Source: Octopus vulgaris
Lineage: Eukaryota
Assembly (NCBI GenBank): GCA_951406725.2
Contig: OX597839.1
Location: forward strand, 36,518,001 to 36,582,000
Length of the DNA: 64,000 bases
Direction of reading: 5' to 3'
Below the pieces are notes generated by a model. The model had not been told where the DNA came from. It did no database searches and saw nothing but the letters and a program-made list of their open reading frames with translations. Below, piece by piece: positions 25,800-38,165 of the stretch. How positions within the stretch are numbered: position 1 is the first letter of the stretch; each line of letters begins with the position of its first letter. Both the position numbers and the translations under genes were made by a program.

Positions 25800-25974
25800 G
25801 TGACGTATATTTGCCATTTAAATATGGCTAACCCCTAAGGGTGGATGCTACTGTAGTTTGTAGCCCCAGGAGGACACCTCCTCCAGCTGGCTTTAGACAC
25901 ACTCCTGGGGCTACAAACTACAGTAGCATCCACCCTTAGGGGTTAGCCATATTTAAATGGCAAATATACATCAC
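25800..25974. repeat. Near-perfect inverted repeat, 73-bp arms, 29-bp spacer
   Basis: 25800-25872 versus 25902-25974, one mismatch seen. Confidence 0.95.
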
Positions 25975-26071
25975 GATGTGTTGCAGCTACTGTTTATAAG
26001 TCTGGGAGCTTTTTGATACCTCCCCACCGTTACTTTATGTCGATTTACTGTACGTGTGCATAAATGTATAT

Positions 26072-26454
26072 ATTTCTTTACTACCCACAAGGGGCTAAAC
26101 ATAGAGGGGACAAACAAGGACAGACAAACGGATTAAGTCGATTACATCGACCCCAGTGCGTAACTGGTACTTAATTTATCGACTTTGCCTTTCATCCTTT
26201 CGGGGTCGATAAATTAAGTACCAGTTACGCACTGGGGTCAATGTAATCGACTTAATCCGTTTGTCTGCCCTTGTTTGTTCCCTCTGTGTTTAGCCCCTTG
26301 TGGGTAGTAAAGAAATTGGTACTTTATTTATCGACCCCGACAGGATGAAAGGCAAAGTCGGACCTCGACGGAATTTGAACCCAGAACGTAACGACAGACG
26401 AAATACCGCAAAGCATTTCGCCCGGTGTGCTAACGTTTCTGTCAGCTCGCCGCC
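26072..26454. mobile_element. Rearranged SINE-A forming a 112-bp-arm foldback
   Basis: Tail minus 26072-26183, inverted tail to 26316, then minus body and head to 26454. Confidence 0.9.
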
Positions 26455-26664
26455 TTTTGTATAGATACGATCACAGGTATAGAAATTTAAAAGACAGAAA
26501 AGAAGAAAAAGATAAAAAGAGTGGAAACGTGATATCGCTTCACACACACACACACGCACATTTACAAATAAACATCAAATTAAAAATAAAGCGTGTGAAA
26601 TAAGAGAGGCCTTTTTAGAGGCTTTTATTATTAGTGCCTATTAATTACTTATCAAACCTGATTA

Positions 26665-26700
<36 letters not shown>

Positions 26701-27160
26701 GAAATCATGGTTAGTACAAAAGTCAAGTAGATAACTGGTGAGACTTGTTATATATTTACAACAAGTTGTGGGGCAGCGGGGGTGGAATGGACTTGGGGGG
26801 GAAAGAGAGGGAGAAGGACGTGAGAGGTGGGTACAGCCGTTGTTTTGTCTTGCCACTTGACCTTAGATGAAATATAACAGATGCATTCCCCCCTCTTCCC
26901 TCCCCCCCCCAACTCACGCTAGCTTCCATGTAGAAACTTGACCTTACTCCAAAGTAGCAACCGAATCCCCTGCAAAATGAATTTAGAATTTCCACATTAT
27001 TACTGCGTTTATTTTTATTTCATTTTTTTTCCCCGCATATTTACTTAGTTACCAAAATAATGTGGCAAACTAGCAGCGGGTTTCTTAGTATGTCAGACAA
27101 AAAGCTTCGTGGCACGTATCACTTCTAGCTCTTTACAGTCCAAGTTCAAATTCCACAAGT

Positions 27161-27664
27161 AGGCACAGGAGTGGCTGTGTGGTAAGTAGCTTGCTTACCA
27201 ACCACATGGTTCCGGGTTCAGTCCCACTGCGTAGCACCTTGGGCAAGTGTCTTCTACTATAGCCTCGGGCCGACCAAAGCCTTGTGAGTGGATTTGGTAG
27301 ACGGAAACTGAAAGAAGCCCGTCGTATATATGTATCATCATTATCATCATCATCATCATCGTTTAACGTCCGTTCTCCATGCTAGCATGGGTTGGACGGT
27401 TCGACCGGGGATCTGGGAAGCCAGAAGGCTGCACCAGATATATACGCGTGTGTGTTCGTGTGTCTGTGTTTATCCCCCTAGCATTGCTTGACAACCGATG
27501 CTGGTGTGTTTATGTCCCCGTTACTTAGCGGTTCGGCAAAAGAGACCGACAGAATAAGTACTGGGCTTACAAAAGAATAAGTCCCGGGGTCGAGTTGCTC
27601 GATTAAAGGCGGTGCTCCAGCATGGTCGCAGTCAAATGACTGAAACAAGTAAAAGAGTAAAAGA
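27161..27664 (+). mobile_element. SINE-B with element C tail (about 27334-27437) in its internal microsatellite
   Basis: Colinear SINE-B halves either side of (CAT)n-cgtttaacgtcc. Confidence 0.9.
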
Positions 27665-28051
27665 GAGAAAGAGAGTAAGTGTCAGCTTTGCCTCTCATCC
27701 TTTTAAGGGTCAATAAAATAAAGTCCCAGTCAAGTCCTGGCGGTAATAGTGGGTGGGAGTGGTGTAATTGACTTATCTGCCCCTCCCCTCCAAAAAACAA
27801 ATTGTCGGTTTTGTGTCTACATTAGAAATAATAATTATCATTATGAAAGTAGTGAGCTGGCAGAATGCAAACATGGACAAAATGCGGCTAAGAATTTTGT
27901 CCATGTTTACATTCTGAGTTCAAATTCCACAGAGGTTGTCTTTGCATTCCATTCTTTCAGAGTAGATAAAATAAATACCAGTTAAACACTGGGGTCAACA
28001 TAATTGACTAGCCCACTCACCCAAAATTTCAGGCTCTGTGCCCACAGTAGA

Positions 28052-28088
<37 letters not shown>

Positions 28089-28676
28089 GAGTGAGAGAGC
28101 AGTGCATGCCATGAAATTGACACTGGGGTACAAATATACGAAGCCCAGTATACCAATCATGACTACCCGTCTGATAAAGGTACTCCAGGCACATGCAACA
28201 TAACCATATGTGCGCGACGTGGTGATCTCATATCAAGATAAACAGCGCATGACCTTGCATGTGGGGCCCAGTTAGAATTTTTTTTAGGTTGAGTAGCCCA
28301 TCCCACTCAAAAGGTCCCTGAATAAGGGTTGTTTAAGAATGTTGAACAAAACACCCATGTTTCCAAAGGTGAATTATCTAAACCCTAAAGAATCCCTCTC
28401 AACACATGGCTATGATGCTCCCCAACTACTTCTGTTCGTGATCAGAGATGCACATAGTATCAGCCACTAAGGGACATGCTCAACTGGTTAAGGTCAAACA
28501 ACTGACAAGCAAATCTGGCATTGAGCAGAATATTTGCTGTAGCCCAACTTTTATACCAAGACAAAACATGATAATACTTCCAATCAGTTAAGATCAGAAG
28601 CCATGAGAGCCACTGCCTGGTACTGCATCAGGGTATTTATTATGTATGTGCGAGCAGGTATATAGATTGTATAATC

Positions 28677-29595
28677 TAGGGTGGAGTGAAAATGAAAAAT
28701 TGTGGAAATTGAAAATGCCCAAGGCCTAAAATCATCATCATCATTGTTTAACGTCTGCTTAGCATGGGTTGGACGGTTCAACTGGGGTCTGTGAAGCCCG
28801 AAGGCTGCACTAGGCCCAGTCAGATCTGGCAGTGTTTCTACAGCTGGATGCCCTTCCTAACGCCAACCACTCCGTGAGTGTAGTGGGTGCTTTTTACGTG
28901 CCACCGACACAGGTGTCAGACGAGGCTGGCGAACGGCCACGCTCAGATGGTGCTTTTTACGTGCCACCAGCACGGAGGCCAGGCGAGGCTGGCAACAGCC
29001 ACAATCGGATGGTGTTTGTTACGTGCCAAAGGATGATTCTTTTACGTGCCACCGGCACTAAAATGGTAAAGATGGGAGAAGGCAGAAGGCGCCTGCCGAC
29101 CCTCTGCTTCTCTAAAACATTGTTTTTAAAAATACATATACCGAGGTAATGACCCTCTTACAATTCAAAATACAATATCTTTCGACCAAAAAGTCCATCT
29201 AACCACAAATTACAATTTCTACACAAATTAGGGGTGATAAACCTCTACAATTCTTCCCCCAGTAAATTTTGTGCAATTTGCAGGCATTGCTGCCACCGAA
29301 GTCTGGGACTCCAATAGAGGATTAAAATCTTACTATATATTATTACTAGAAAAATGATAAATTTTCGTTTTGATCAATCAAGGGCATTTACTCCCTCAAA
29401 CCCCCACAAACTCTGCTATTGCAAAAAATTTACAAAAATCCCCAGTTTTTGGAGTTTAGAGAGTAAATTTAAGAGAGTAAATGCCCTTCATTGATCTCAG
29501 CGAAAATTTAGCATTTTTCAAGTAATCAAAAATAGCAACATTTAACCCTCAGGCATTTTCAATTTCTACAATATTTTTATTTTCACTCCACCCTA
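28677..29595. mobile_element. TIR/foldback DNA element interrupted by element C (28732-29058)
   Basis: ~45-bp TIRs tagggtggagtgaaaat...gaaattgaaaatgcc; additional internal inverted repeat at about 29317-29549. Confidence 0.7.
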
Positions 29596-29794
29596 CCCCA
29601 CACCTCTACATGTAGAAGGGAACATTTCTCAACCACCTTTAAATACCCTAACCCTGTTCCTACATTTAAATGTATCCTCAGACTTCAGTCGAAGCCAAAA
29701 CATTTATTTTTATTAAGGGATTTCAATGATGTTCATTCTTAGAAAAGCTTACCCCAAGTTTGAAAGCTTACCCAACAGTTCTTTAAATGGTTAC

Positions 29795-30220
29795 TATTCT
29801 GCCATGCATCCACCCCAAAACCTTGTTCATGTTACATACATCCACCCTGCTATGCACATCCACCCCCAGCTACAGTCCTGCCATGCACATCCACCCCCCC
29901 CCCCCCCCAGTTTTGCTCCAGCTATGCACATCTACCCAACTTTGTTCCCTCTATGCACATCCACCCACCTTCACTCCCTCTACATGCATCCACCCAGCTT
30001 TGCTCTCTCTATATGCATCCACCCAGCTTCACTCAAGCAATGAATAACCACTCCTGCTATGCACATCCACCCTGCTTCATTCCCACAACATGCAAACACT
30101 CCAGCTTGGCTCTTGCTATGTGCAACCACCCCAACTTTGCTTATCTGACACATGCATCCACCCTGATTTATTCTCCTCCCACTCATCTACCCAACTTTAC
30201 TCCCATCCACCCAGCTTTAT
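29795..30220. repeat. Degenerate ~30-bp minisatellite (ctatgcacatccacccagctt core)
   Basis: About 13 recurrences of atgcacatccacc-like words. Confidence 0.85.
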
Positions 30221-30324
30221 TACACAAAATACTTACAAAGAACTTCACAAACTACACTATAAAACCAAAAACTAGTTTTCTAAATTTATTTAGTTTTCAT
30301 GTTAAGTAAAATGTGGGAAAATTC

Positions 30325-30700
30325 ACACAACACACACACACACACAAACACACACACCAACATACATGCACATGTAAACATACACACACACACACATTCA
30401 CATACATACATGTACACACACCTATACATGCACACACGCATGCACACACACACACACAAACATACATACATGCATATGTAAACATACACACACACATTCA
30501 CTTACATACATGTACACACACATGCATGTATACACACATACACACGCACACGCACACACACACACAAACATACATACATGCATATGTAAACATACACACA
30601 CACATTCACTTACATACATGTACACACACATGCATGTACACACACATACACACCTATACATGCACACACACACACACGCACACACACACAGGTACATACA
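30325..30700. repeat. (CA)/(TACA) compound microsatellite with internal ~110-bp duplication
   Basis: catacatacatgcatatgtaaacatacacacacacattcacttac recurs. Confidence 0.9.
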
Positions 30701-31448
30701 AACAGACGTAGTTGATTTTAATGACTTAATGCTTCCATCAACAAGTGAATTGGTATTTATCAGATTAACTTGGCACAAGTTGTTGGCAAAGTCACTTAGT
30801 CCTGGCAATAATTCACTTGTTTGGTACAGGTACACAGCATGTCTAAGAATATTTCTTGTGGCCCCAGAAGGGGAGTAAATACTCCTTAGCAGTAGGAGGT
30901 ATTGATTAGTTTGCTACAGGTACACAGCGTGTCTAGAAATATTTCCTGTAACCCCAGAAGGGGAGTAAATGGTTGTTAGCTGAGGTTATCATTAGAGCCC
31001 ACTTGTTTCCATGGTCAGATATGTCTTCATAGAAAACAGGAAATGAAGTAATCTGTTTACAAATATTATGAGATGCCAAAACAAGGAGACGCTACCCTAC
31101 TAACACACCATCATCATCATCATCGTTTAATGTCTGTTTCCTATCCTGGCAAGAGTTGGATGGTTGACCAGAGCTAGTAAGTAGGAGAGCAGCACCACAT
31201 TCCAGTCTGATTTGGCTTGGTTTCTATGGCTGGATGCCCTCCCTAATGCCAACCACTTCACAAAGTGTGCTGGGTGCATTTTATGTGCCACTGGCACAGG
31301 GAGCTTGCAGGTCAATCCTCTTTAGCAGGGAGAGTGACATTAACACTTCTACTGTGGATGATGGGTCTCCTTGAGTACAAAGTACCAGATACCTTGGTCC
31401 TTTGTCATCTGGTGTATGTATGTATATATGTATGTGTATATACACACG

Positions 31449-31757
31449 TGGTGGCGCAATGGCCCAGTGGTTAGGGTAGCGGACTCGCGGTCGTAGGATC
31501 GCGGTTTCGATTCCCAGACTGGGCGTTGTGAGTGTTTATTGAGTGAAAACACCTAAAAGCTCCACGAGGCTCCGGCAGGGGATGGTGGTGATCCCTGCTG
31601 TACTCTTTCACCACTCTTTCTCCCACTCTTTTTTCTGTTGGCCTGCTCGCTTAGCCAGTGGGGTGGCGTCACTCGAAGGCTAAAACAATGCGAACGCATT
31701 GTGACCAGCGATGTGTAACAACATCTGATGGACTGGTCGGTCACATGATCACGTGAT
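31449..31757 (+). mobile_element. tRNA-derived SINE (SINE-D2 head)
   Basis: ggcgcaatggcccagtggttaggg, B box ggtttcgattcc; same head on minus at 33565-33876. Confidence 0.85.
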
Positions 31758-32349
31758 ATACACACACACACACGCTCAATGAATTTTGATCAGTTCAGGG
31801 TTATATAGAAGACACTTGGCCAAGGTGCCATGCATTCAGGATGAACCCGAAACCAGATGGTTGGGAAGCAAACTTCTTAACCACACAATCAAGCTTGCAC
31901 AGTATTTTGTAAAAAATTCCTGAACTTAAATTTAAATGGTTAGCAGAATTGCGATGATTTCTAGCAATGGTGCTCCAGTTATATTTCTGTCTCCAGGTAC
32001 AGAGAAAAGAGGCGTATAATGAAATTGTCCAATTATATTCTTTGGGATTTCGAAGAACATACTACCTGTTGCTGATTTCATCATCACAAAGAAAGTCCTT
32101 GAGAAGTACAGATCATCCAAGAACATGAAGAAAAGATACAATTTATACACAATGGAGAAGAGCTATACACTTAAAAATCTTCAGGAGTCCACAAACAAAT
32201 GAAATGCAAGGCCTAACATTTTTATTCCAATTCAGTAACAAATCAGAATGTACAGGAATTAGGAAGTTTCTAATAAAATATCTATACATTATTTCACAAA
32301 CAATTCCATATTTCTCAGATGAGGGATTCTTATATTATGGATTCGTCAG

Positions 32350-32632
32350 GGTGGTGTCCTCATCTTAGTTGCTGTTTCCGCTAGGTTTCAGGTGTCTTGT
32401 GATTCACCTTAATGCATTGCCTAGGATTGAACACAGAACTGCTAGGTGACTGCATGGCATTAGGCAGTGTCTTTATAGTGGATAAAGGCAGTGAAATGCA
32501 CTGAAGTCACCTAGAGGTTCTAAGTTCAATTCCAGGCAAGGTACTAAGGTGAATCACAAGACACCTGAAGAAGGTTGGAGTGTACACAGGCAAAATGTAA
32601 TGATAGCGACAATCAAGATGTGACCACCACAC
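32350..32632. mobile_element. Inverted pair of a B-box plus hammerhead-like element (older relative of 42256-42520)
   Basis: Arms about 32350-32451 and 32505-32632; agttcaattccaggca...caagacacCTGAAGAaggttggagtgtacacaggcaaaatgt. Confidence 0.65.
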
Positions 32633-33564
32633 CGACTAAGAGATAACATCGTTATTTGATGTTTTTTTTTGTTTTTGTTTTTTTTATGTTGGTACAGGTT
32701 TAACAAACTTGAGTACAGCTCTTTGGATGGTGATGATCTGGCATGCCTGAGTGGACTTCAGCCTGTTTTGGGGACAAAATGTTTTGGCAGTGGAGGCAAA
32801 CATATAAATGTGTGTGCAGAAATATACAGAGAGAGAGAGAAAGAGAGAGAGAGAAAGTGAGAGAGAGAAAGTGAGAGAGAGAGAGAGAGAGAGAGTGAGA
32901 GAGCACTACGTTACAATTGATTAATTGAACATGGTTGACAAACACTTTCCCTCTCCTTATATACAAAAAAACAGAGAGAGACAGAGAGAAAGATGAAAAC
33001 ATCTGATGCAAAATAAATGACACCAGATAGGTGACGCCAAAACAGTTCTTATTCCACTCACAATCTATCATCCGAGACACACAGACAGAATAACCAGCCA
33101 GCCGTGTTGTTATGTATGTTCCTTTGATGGGGTTTTCATGGTTGGATGCCCCTTGTATCAGCAACTACTTTGTAGCATGAACAGAATACACTTTATTGTG
33201 GAACCAGCCCTAGACAAGTTGTCCCTCCCTTGCAACAAGACTAACAAGTCTCCTTTAGCCTATGTCCTCCTCTTCATTACATATATTTTGTTTTACAAGC
33301 TGGAATTATTATGCTTCATGTTTCCTCCACTAGGCAAACTCGATAGCCAAGTCATGACTGGGAAAGGGTGACTTCAAAAATATAAATATAAACTCTACTT
33401 GATGTTTTGAGCACACTTGTAAATTAAAATGCATTCCTCTGTGTATGTGTGTGTGTGTGCGTGTATGCATACACACACACCCACATGCAACAGCAACCCT
33501 ATAAGTATGCTGAGTATTAAGGGCACCACAACCATACATTTGTGTATGTGTGTGTATATACATA

Positions 33565-34132
33565 TTTATTTATGCGCCCTTTTCAAGCCTAGCCAGGCTG
33601 ATGGGCCCAGTTTCTTGGTTTCTGTGGTGCATATGTTCCCCCCAGCTGGACGGGACACCAGTCCATCGCAGCATTACTCAAGAAACAGGAAGAAAGAGTG
33701 AGAGAAAGTTGGGGTGAAAGAGTACAACAGGGGTCGCCACCACCCCCTGTCGGAGCCTCGTGAGGCATTAGGTGTTTTCACTCAATAAACACACACAACG
33801 CCCAGTCTGGGAATCGAAACTGCAATTCTCCAACCGCGAGTCTGCTGCCCTAACCACTGGGCCATTGCGCCTCCACAGAAAAATGCACCCTTTTTTAAAG
33901 CCTAGCCAGGATCATGGGCCTGGTTTCCTGGTTTCTATGGCGTATGTGTTCCCCAGCTGGACTGGACTCTAGTTCATTGCAGTGTTACTCATTTTTGCCA
34001 GCTGAGTGGACTGGAGCAACGTGAAATGAAGTGTTTTGCTCAAGAACACAACACGTCACCTGGTCCAGGAACTGAAACCATAATCTTACGATCATGATGC
34101 TGACACCCTAACCACTAAGCCACGTGCCTCCA
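33565..34132 (-). mobile_element. Two tandem tRNA-SINEs with different heads and the same tail
   Basis: 33565-33876 and 33885-34132 both show (plus) gcctagccagg..catgggcc..gtttc. Confidence 0.85.
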
Positions 34133-34482
34133 TGTATATACATATATACAACGATTATATTAAGTAACAAGTGCTGCTTCTATTTCATATTTGAATACAC
34201 ACACACACACACACATTGCTTGGGCATTGTGATGTTAATAACCTGGTGTTAGAACTCAATGTACATAAGCTTCTGAACAAAGCATCAGCTGAGCACAGAA
34301 TGGTAATAGAAAATTGGAACGACAAAGGAATAAACAATGTCATTAGCTTACAGCTGTTTCTGCTGTTAGATGATACTCAAGCACTTAAGTATGAGTGCAT
34401 TAGAGCAGCTTAGAGCAGAAAAAGTTCTAAGCTAAAGAAGTTCATAACATAATTGCTCATTCCTTTGTCATCCCTATTTTTA

Positions 34483-34895
34483 TATATATATAATATAAAT
34501 TGGACAAGGGCGATTGTTGTATTCTTTCTTGTCTTGAGGTTCACAGCCAAATGGCTGGGTGGATTCACGTGAAAAAGGGCATACATGTGCAGACAGGTGC
34601 ATAGATTGGAATGCAGTTTGTATTTTTTTCCAAACCCCCATACTTACTGAGAAAAATCGATTAAAACTTTTTCTAATGGAATTTCCCTCTTTCTTCTGCC
34701 ATTAAAACAACCAGTTGCTTAGAGGCTGTTTTCTGACGGGGTGGGGTCAGGAAATTTTCATATAGTTGGAGGCTCCAATTGAAACAGGGGACCCGAAATG
34801 ATATGGTTGACAAACACTGTTATAGATTATGCCTAACCAAAAACAATCACAACCACATCATCCAAACAGACCGGGTGAAACTGGGCTTAGCTGCT

Positions 34896-34897
<2 letters not shown>
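34483..34897 (+). mobile_element. Non-autonomous Helitron
   Basis: 3' hairpin ccgggtgaaactggg then cttagctgCTAG|t, between (TA)n tracts. Confidence 0.65.
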
Positions 34898-34928
<31 letters not shown>

Positions 34929-35230
34929 TAGGTAACAGTCCAATTATATAACTTTACGATCAGAATTAGCTTATATGGAAGGGAATTTGGTGACTGCTCT
35001 CTATTGTCAGAGGTGGATTAGCACAACCAGTCAGCAGCTGCTGTGAAAAAGTTGGTGAGACACAAACACACACAGGATGGGCCTCCACAGTTTCCATCTA
35101 TTTCTCACCTACCAAATTATATTCACAACCTAAGGTTATAGTGGAAGATACTTGCTCAAGGTGTTGTACATAACATACTCAAAACTATGGGGTTACAAAA
35201 TGAATTTCTTAACCACAGGGTTAAGCATGT

Positions 35231-35755
35231 TCTATACTAACTTTAGCTCTAAGATTAACTTTGATCTATAAAGACTTTAGCTCTAAGACCAGCTTTGATC
35301 TATAAAGACTTTAGCTCTATATCTAAGACTAGCTTTGTCCTATACTGACTTTAGCTCTATATCTAAGACCAGCTTTGTCCTATACTGACTTTAGCTCCAT
35401 ATCTAAGACACGTAAGTCTCTAGATAAGATCTGCTTTAGTCTATATTGATGTTAGATATCAAAAACCAGTTTAGGTCTATATCTAAGACCTACTTCAGTC
35501 TACATTGGTTTTAGGTCTTTATTTAAGACCAGTTTAGGTCTACATCTAAGTCATGCTTGTGTCTATAAGACTAGCTTCAGTCTATGTTAGCCTTAGGTCC
35601 TTACCGAAGACCAACCTCAGTCTATATTGACATTAGGTCCTTAGCTAAGACCTGCTTCAGTCTATATTGACTTTAGGTCTTTATTTAAGACCAGTTTAAG
35701 TCTATATTGACTTTAGCTGTTTATCTTAGATAAAAGTCAAGTCTATATTGACTTT
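35231..35755. repeat. 40-bp minisatellite, about 13 units
   Basis: actgactttagctctatatctaagaccagctttgtcctat at 35344 and 35384, degenerating on both sides. Confidence 0.9.
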
Positions 35756-35968
35756 TGAGAGATTTGGGTCAAGTTGTTGTTGGTTTGGCTTCACCATGGT
35801 GGACATTAAAGTTTATGGCGGGCAAGAAGGTAATTAGAAGGAGAAGACGATGGTGGTGGTGGTGGTGGTAGTGGTCAGTAATGTTGCACAGGGTTGGAAG
35901 CGGAGGAGGGGTGATGAGGTGGCGATGGAGGTGAGGCCAGAGGAGTGTTGCAAAGTGGGAGACCAAGT

Positions 35969-36004
<36 letters not shown>

Positions 36005-36339
36005 ACACATACATTCAGACAAACAGACAGACGGCATTGTGTTCTTAATGTGCAGAAACTGTTTGGAGTTTGGCCAAACAGGAAGTTAGGAAACCTTTCA
36101 AGAGGAGAAGGAAAAGAGTAAAGGTGAATTATAAAACTGGCAGCAATAATAATGGCTGTGGTTAACGGGGTGGGGATGACGGTGGGGGAAGACGACGGTG
36201 GGTAGGAGGGGGGGTAAAGCCTATATACACAGATACAGAGTGTTACCCAGATATGGTGTAGAATATGTATATGTATATACACACGTGTACTCATAGATAC
36301 ACACATATACAGTTTTGGTGAGGCACATTGTAGAATATA

Positions 36340-36376
<37 letters not shown>

Positions 36377-36596
36377 TGTAACATGGTGAACACTGTGTGT
36401 ACATACATGTGTATGTGTATATAACATGCTTGGCCAACACCATATGTGTGCGTATGCAAACTCACAATGTGAGCTAAGAACGGTGTACAATACATACATG
36501 TGCATACATATGGTGTACACCAGACGTTGTAGTGTGTATATATATGTATATATGTGTGTGGGTGTGTACATGTCTGTGTAAGTATGTATGTGTGTA

Positions 36597-36860
36597 TCAT
36601 CATCATCATCATCGTTTAACGTCTGTTTTCCGTGCTAGCACGGGTTTGACTGGGGTCTGGGAAGCCAGAAGGCTGCACCAGGCTCCAGTCTGATCTGGCA
36701 GTGTTTCTACAGCAGGATGCCCTTCCAAACGCCAACCACTCCGTGAGTGTAGTGGGTGCTTTTTACGTGCCACCAGCACAGGTGCCAGGGGAGTCTGGCA
36801 GCGGCCACGATCGGTTGGTGCTTTTTACGTCCCACCGACACAGAAGTCAGTCAAGGCAGC
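36597..36860 (-). mobile_element. Element C (further copies about 22603-22765, 31108-31300, 39138-39335, 52520-52750, 54690-54953, 61827-62135)
   Basis: Family tail and ctggatgcccttcc core. Confidence 0.85.
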
Positions 36861-36930
36861 GCTTGTATATTTATATATATATATATATAATCATCATCGT
36901 TTAACGTTCGTTTCCCATGCTAGCATGGGT

Positions 36931-36970
<40 letters not shown>

Positions 36971-37333
36971 TATGCATGTGTATATATGTCTGTCTGTGTG
37001 TGTCCATTATACACACACACAGAGTGCTACCCAGATATGACATAGATTTTGCATACATATATAGGTACAAGTGTGGCTGTGTGAGTAAGAAGCATGCTTC
37101 TCAACCACATGGTCTTAGGTTCAGTCTCACTGTTGCAGCATCTCTGCAATGGCTGTTTGGACCGCCCAGAGCCTTCTGAATGGATTCGGTGAACGGAAAC
37201 TGAAAGAAGCCTACCACATGCATGTGCATTTGTGCTGTGTTTGTCACCTCCACTGCTTGACAGTTGGTACTGGTTTGTTTATGTCCCAATGACTTAGTGG
37301 TTTGGCAAAAGACATCAAGAAAATGAGTACCTG

Positions 37334-37539
37334 AGTAGGATTGATTTTAATCAACTTCCCCATCCATCAAAGTTCCTGGCCTTTTGCCAGAATGAGAAAG
37401 GGTTATTGTTATTTAGTCCCAAGTCTACTAGGGTTCAATAGAATTATGATTCAAAGGCATTCTACCTATGACCATCCTACCTCACTCATTTTGCTAGGTA
37501 AAGTGTACCTTGGAGCACATTATATGATGTGTACTTTTT
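37334..37539. repeat. Inverted copy of 38369-38574, inserted in an old SINE-B (about 37065-37590)
   Basis: 206-bp arms; ORFs 37341+ and 38313- translate almost identically over ~65 aa. Confidence 0.92.
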
Positions 37540-37754
37540 GTGTGCCCAAAAACCCCTCAAGGCAGTGCTCCAGTATGACTGCACTCATTAAAGATCCACA
37601 CATATATACTGTCAACCAGACATGGTGTAGAAAATATATGTATGTATGTATGTATGTGTATTTATAGACATACAAACGTATACATGTATGTATATAGACA
37701 CACACACACATAGTTTACTGTTCTATTTATAGGTAAGATCAAAGGAAAAAGTAC

Positions 37755-38165
37755 TCTCTTTTACTCTTTTACTTGTTTCCGTCATTTGACTGCGGCCATG
37801 CTGGAGCAACGCCTTTTAGTCGAGCAACTCGACCCCGGGACTTATTCTTTTTGTAAGCCCAGTACTTATTCTATCGGTCTCTTTTTGCCGAACCGCTAAG
37901 TGACGGGGACGTAAACACACCAGCATCGGTTGTCAAGCAATGCTAGGGGAACAAACACAGACACACAAACACACACACATACATATATATATACATATAT
38001 ACGACAGGCTTCTTTCAGTTTCCGTCTACCAAATCCACTCACAAGGCATTGGTTGGCCCGGGGCTATAGCAGAAGACACTTGCCCAAGATGCCACGCAGT
38101 GGGACTGAACCCGGAACCATGTGGTCGGTTAGCAAGCTACTTACCACACAGCCACTCCTGCGCCT
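37755..38165 (-). mobile_element. SINE-B, young full-length copy
   Basis: CpG-intact reverse complement of the consensus. Confidence 0.92.

Noticed and set aside
30825-30970. Two ~56-bp direct repeats at 90-bp period
   Set aside because: Simple old tandem duplication with no further structure.
31990-32200. GFRRT...ADFIITKKVLEKYR, resembling a LINE RT motif
   Set aside because: Needs a frameshift and is too short to call without a search.
32696-32795. Plus-strand acceptor and LRR-like peptide FNKLEYSSLDGDDLACLSGLQ
   Set aside because: No good donor and weak similarity.
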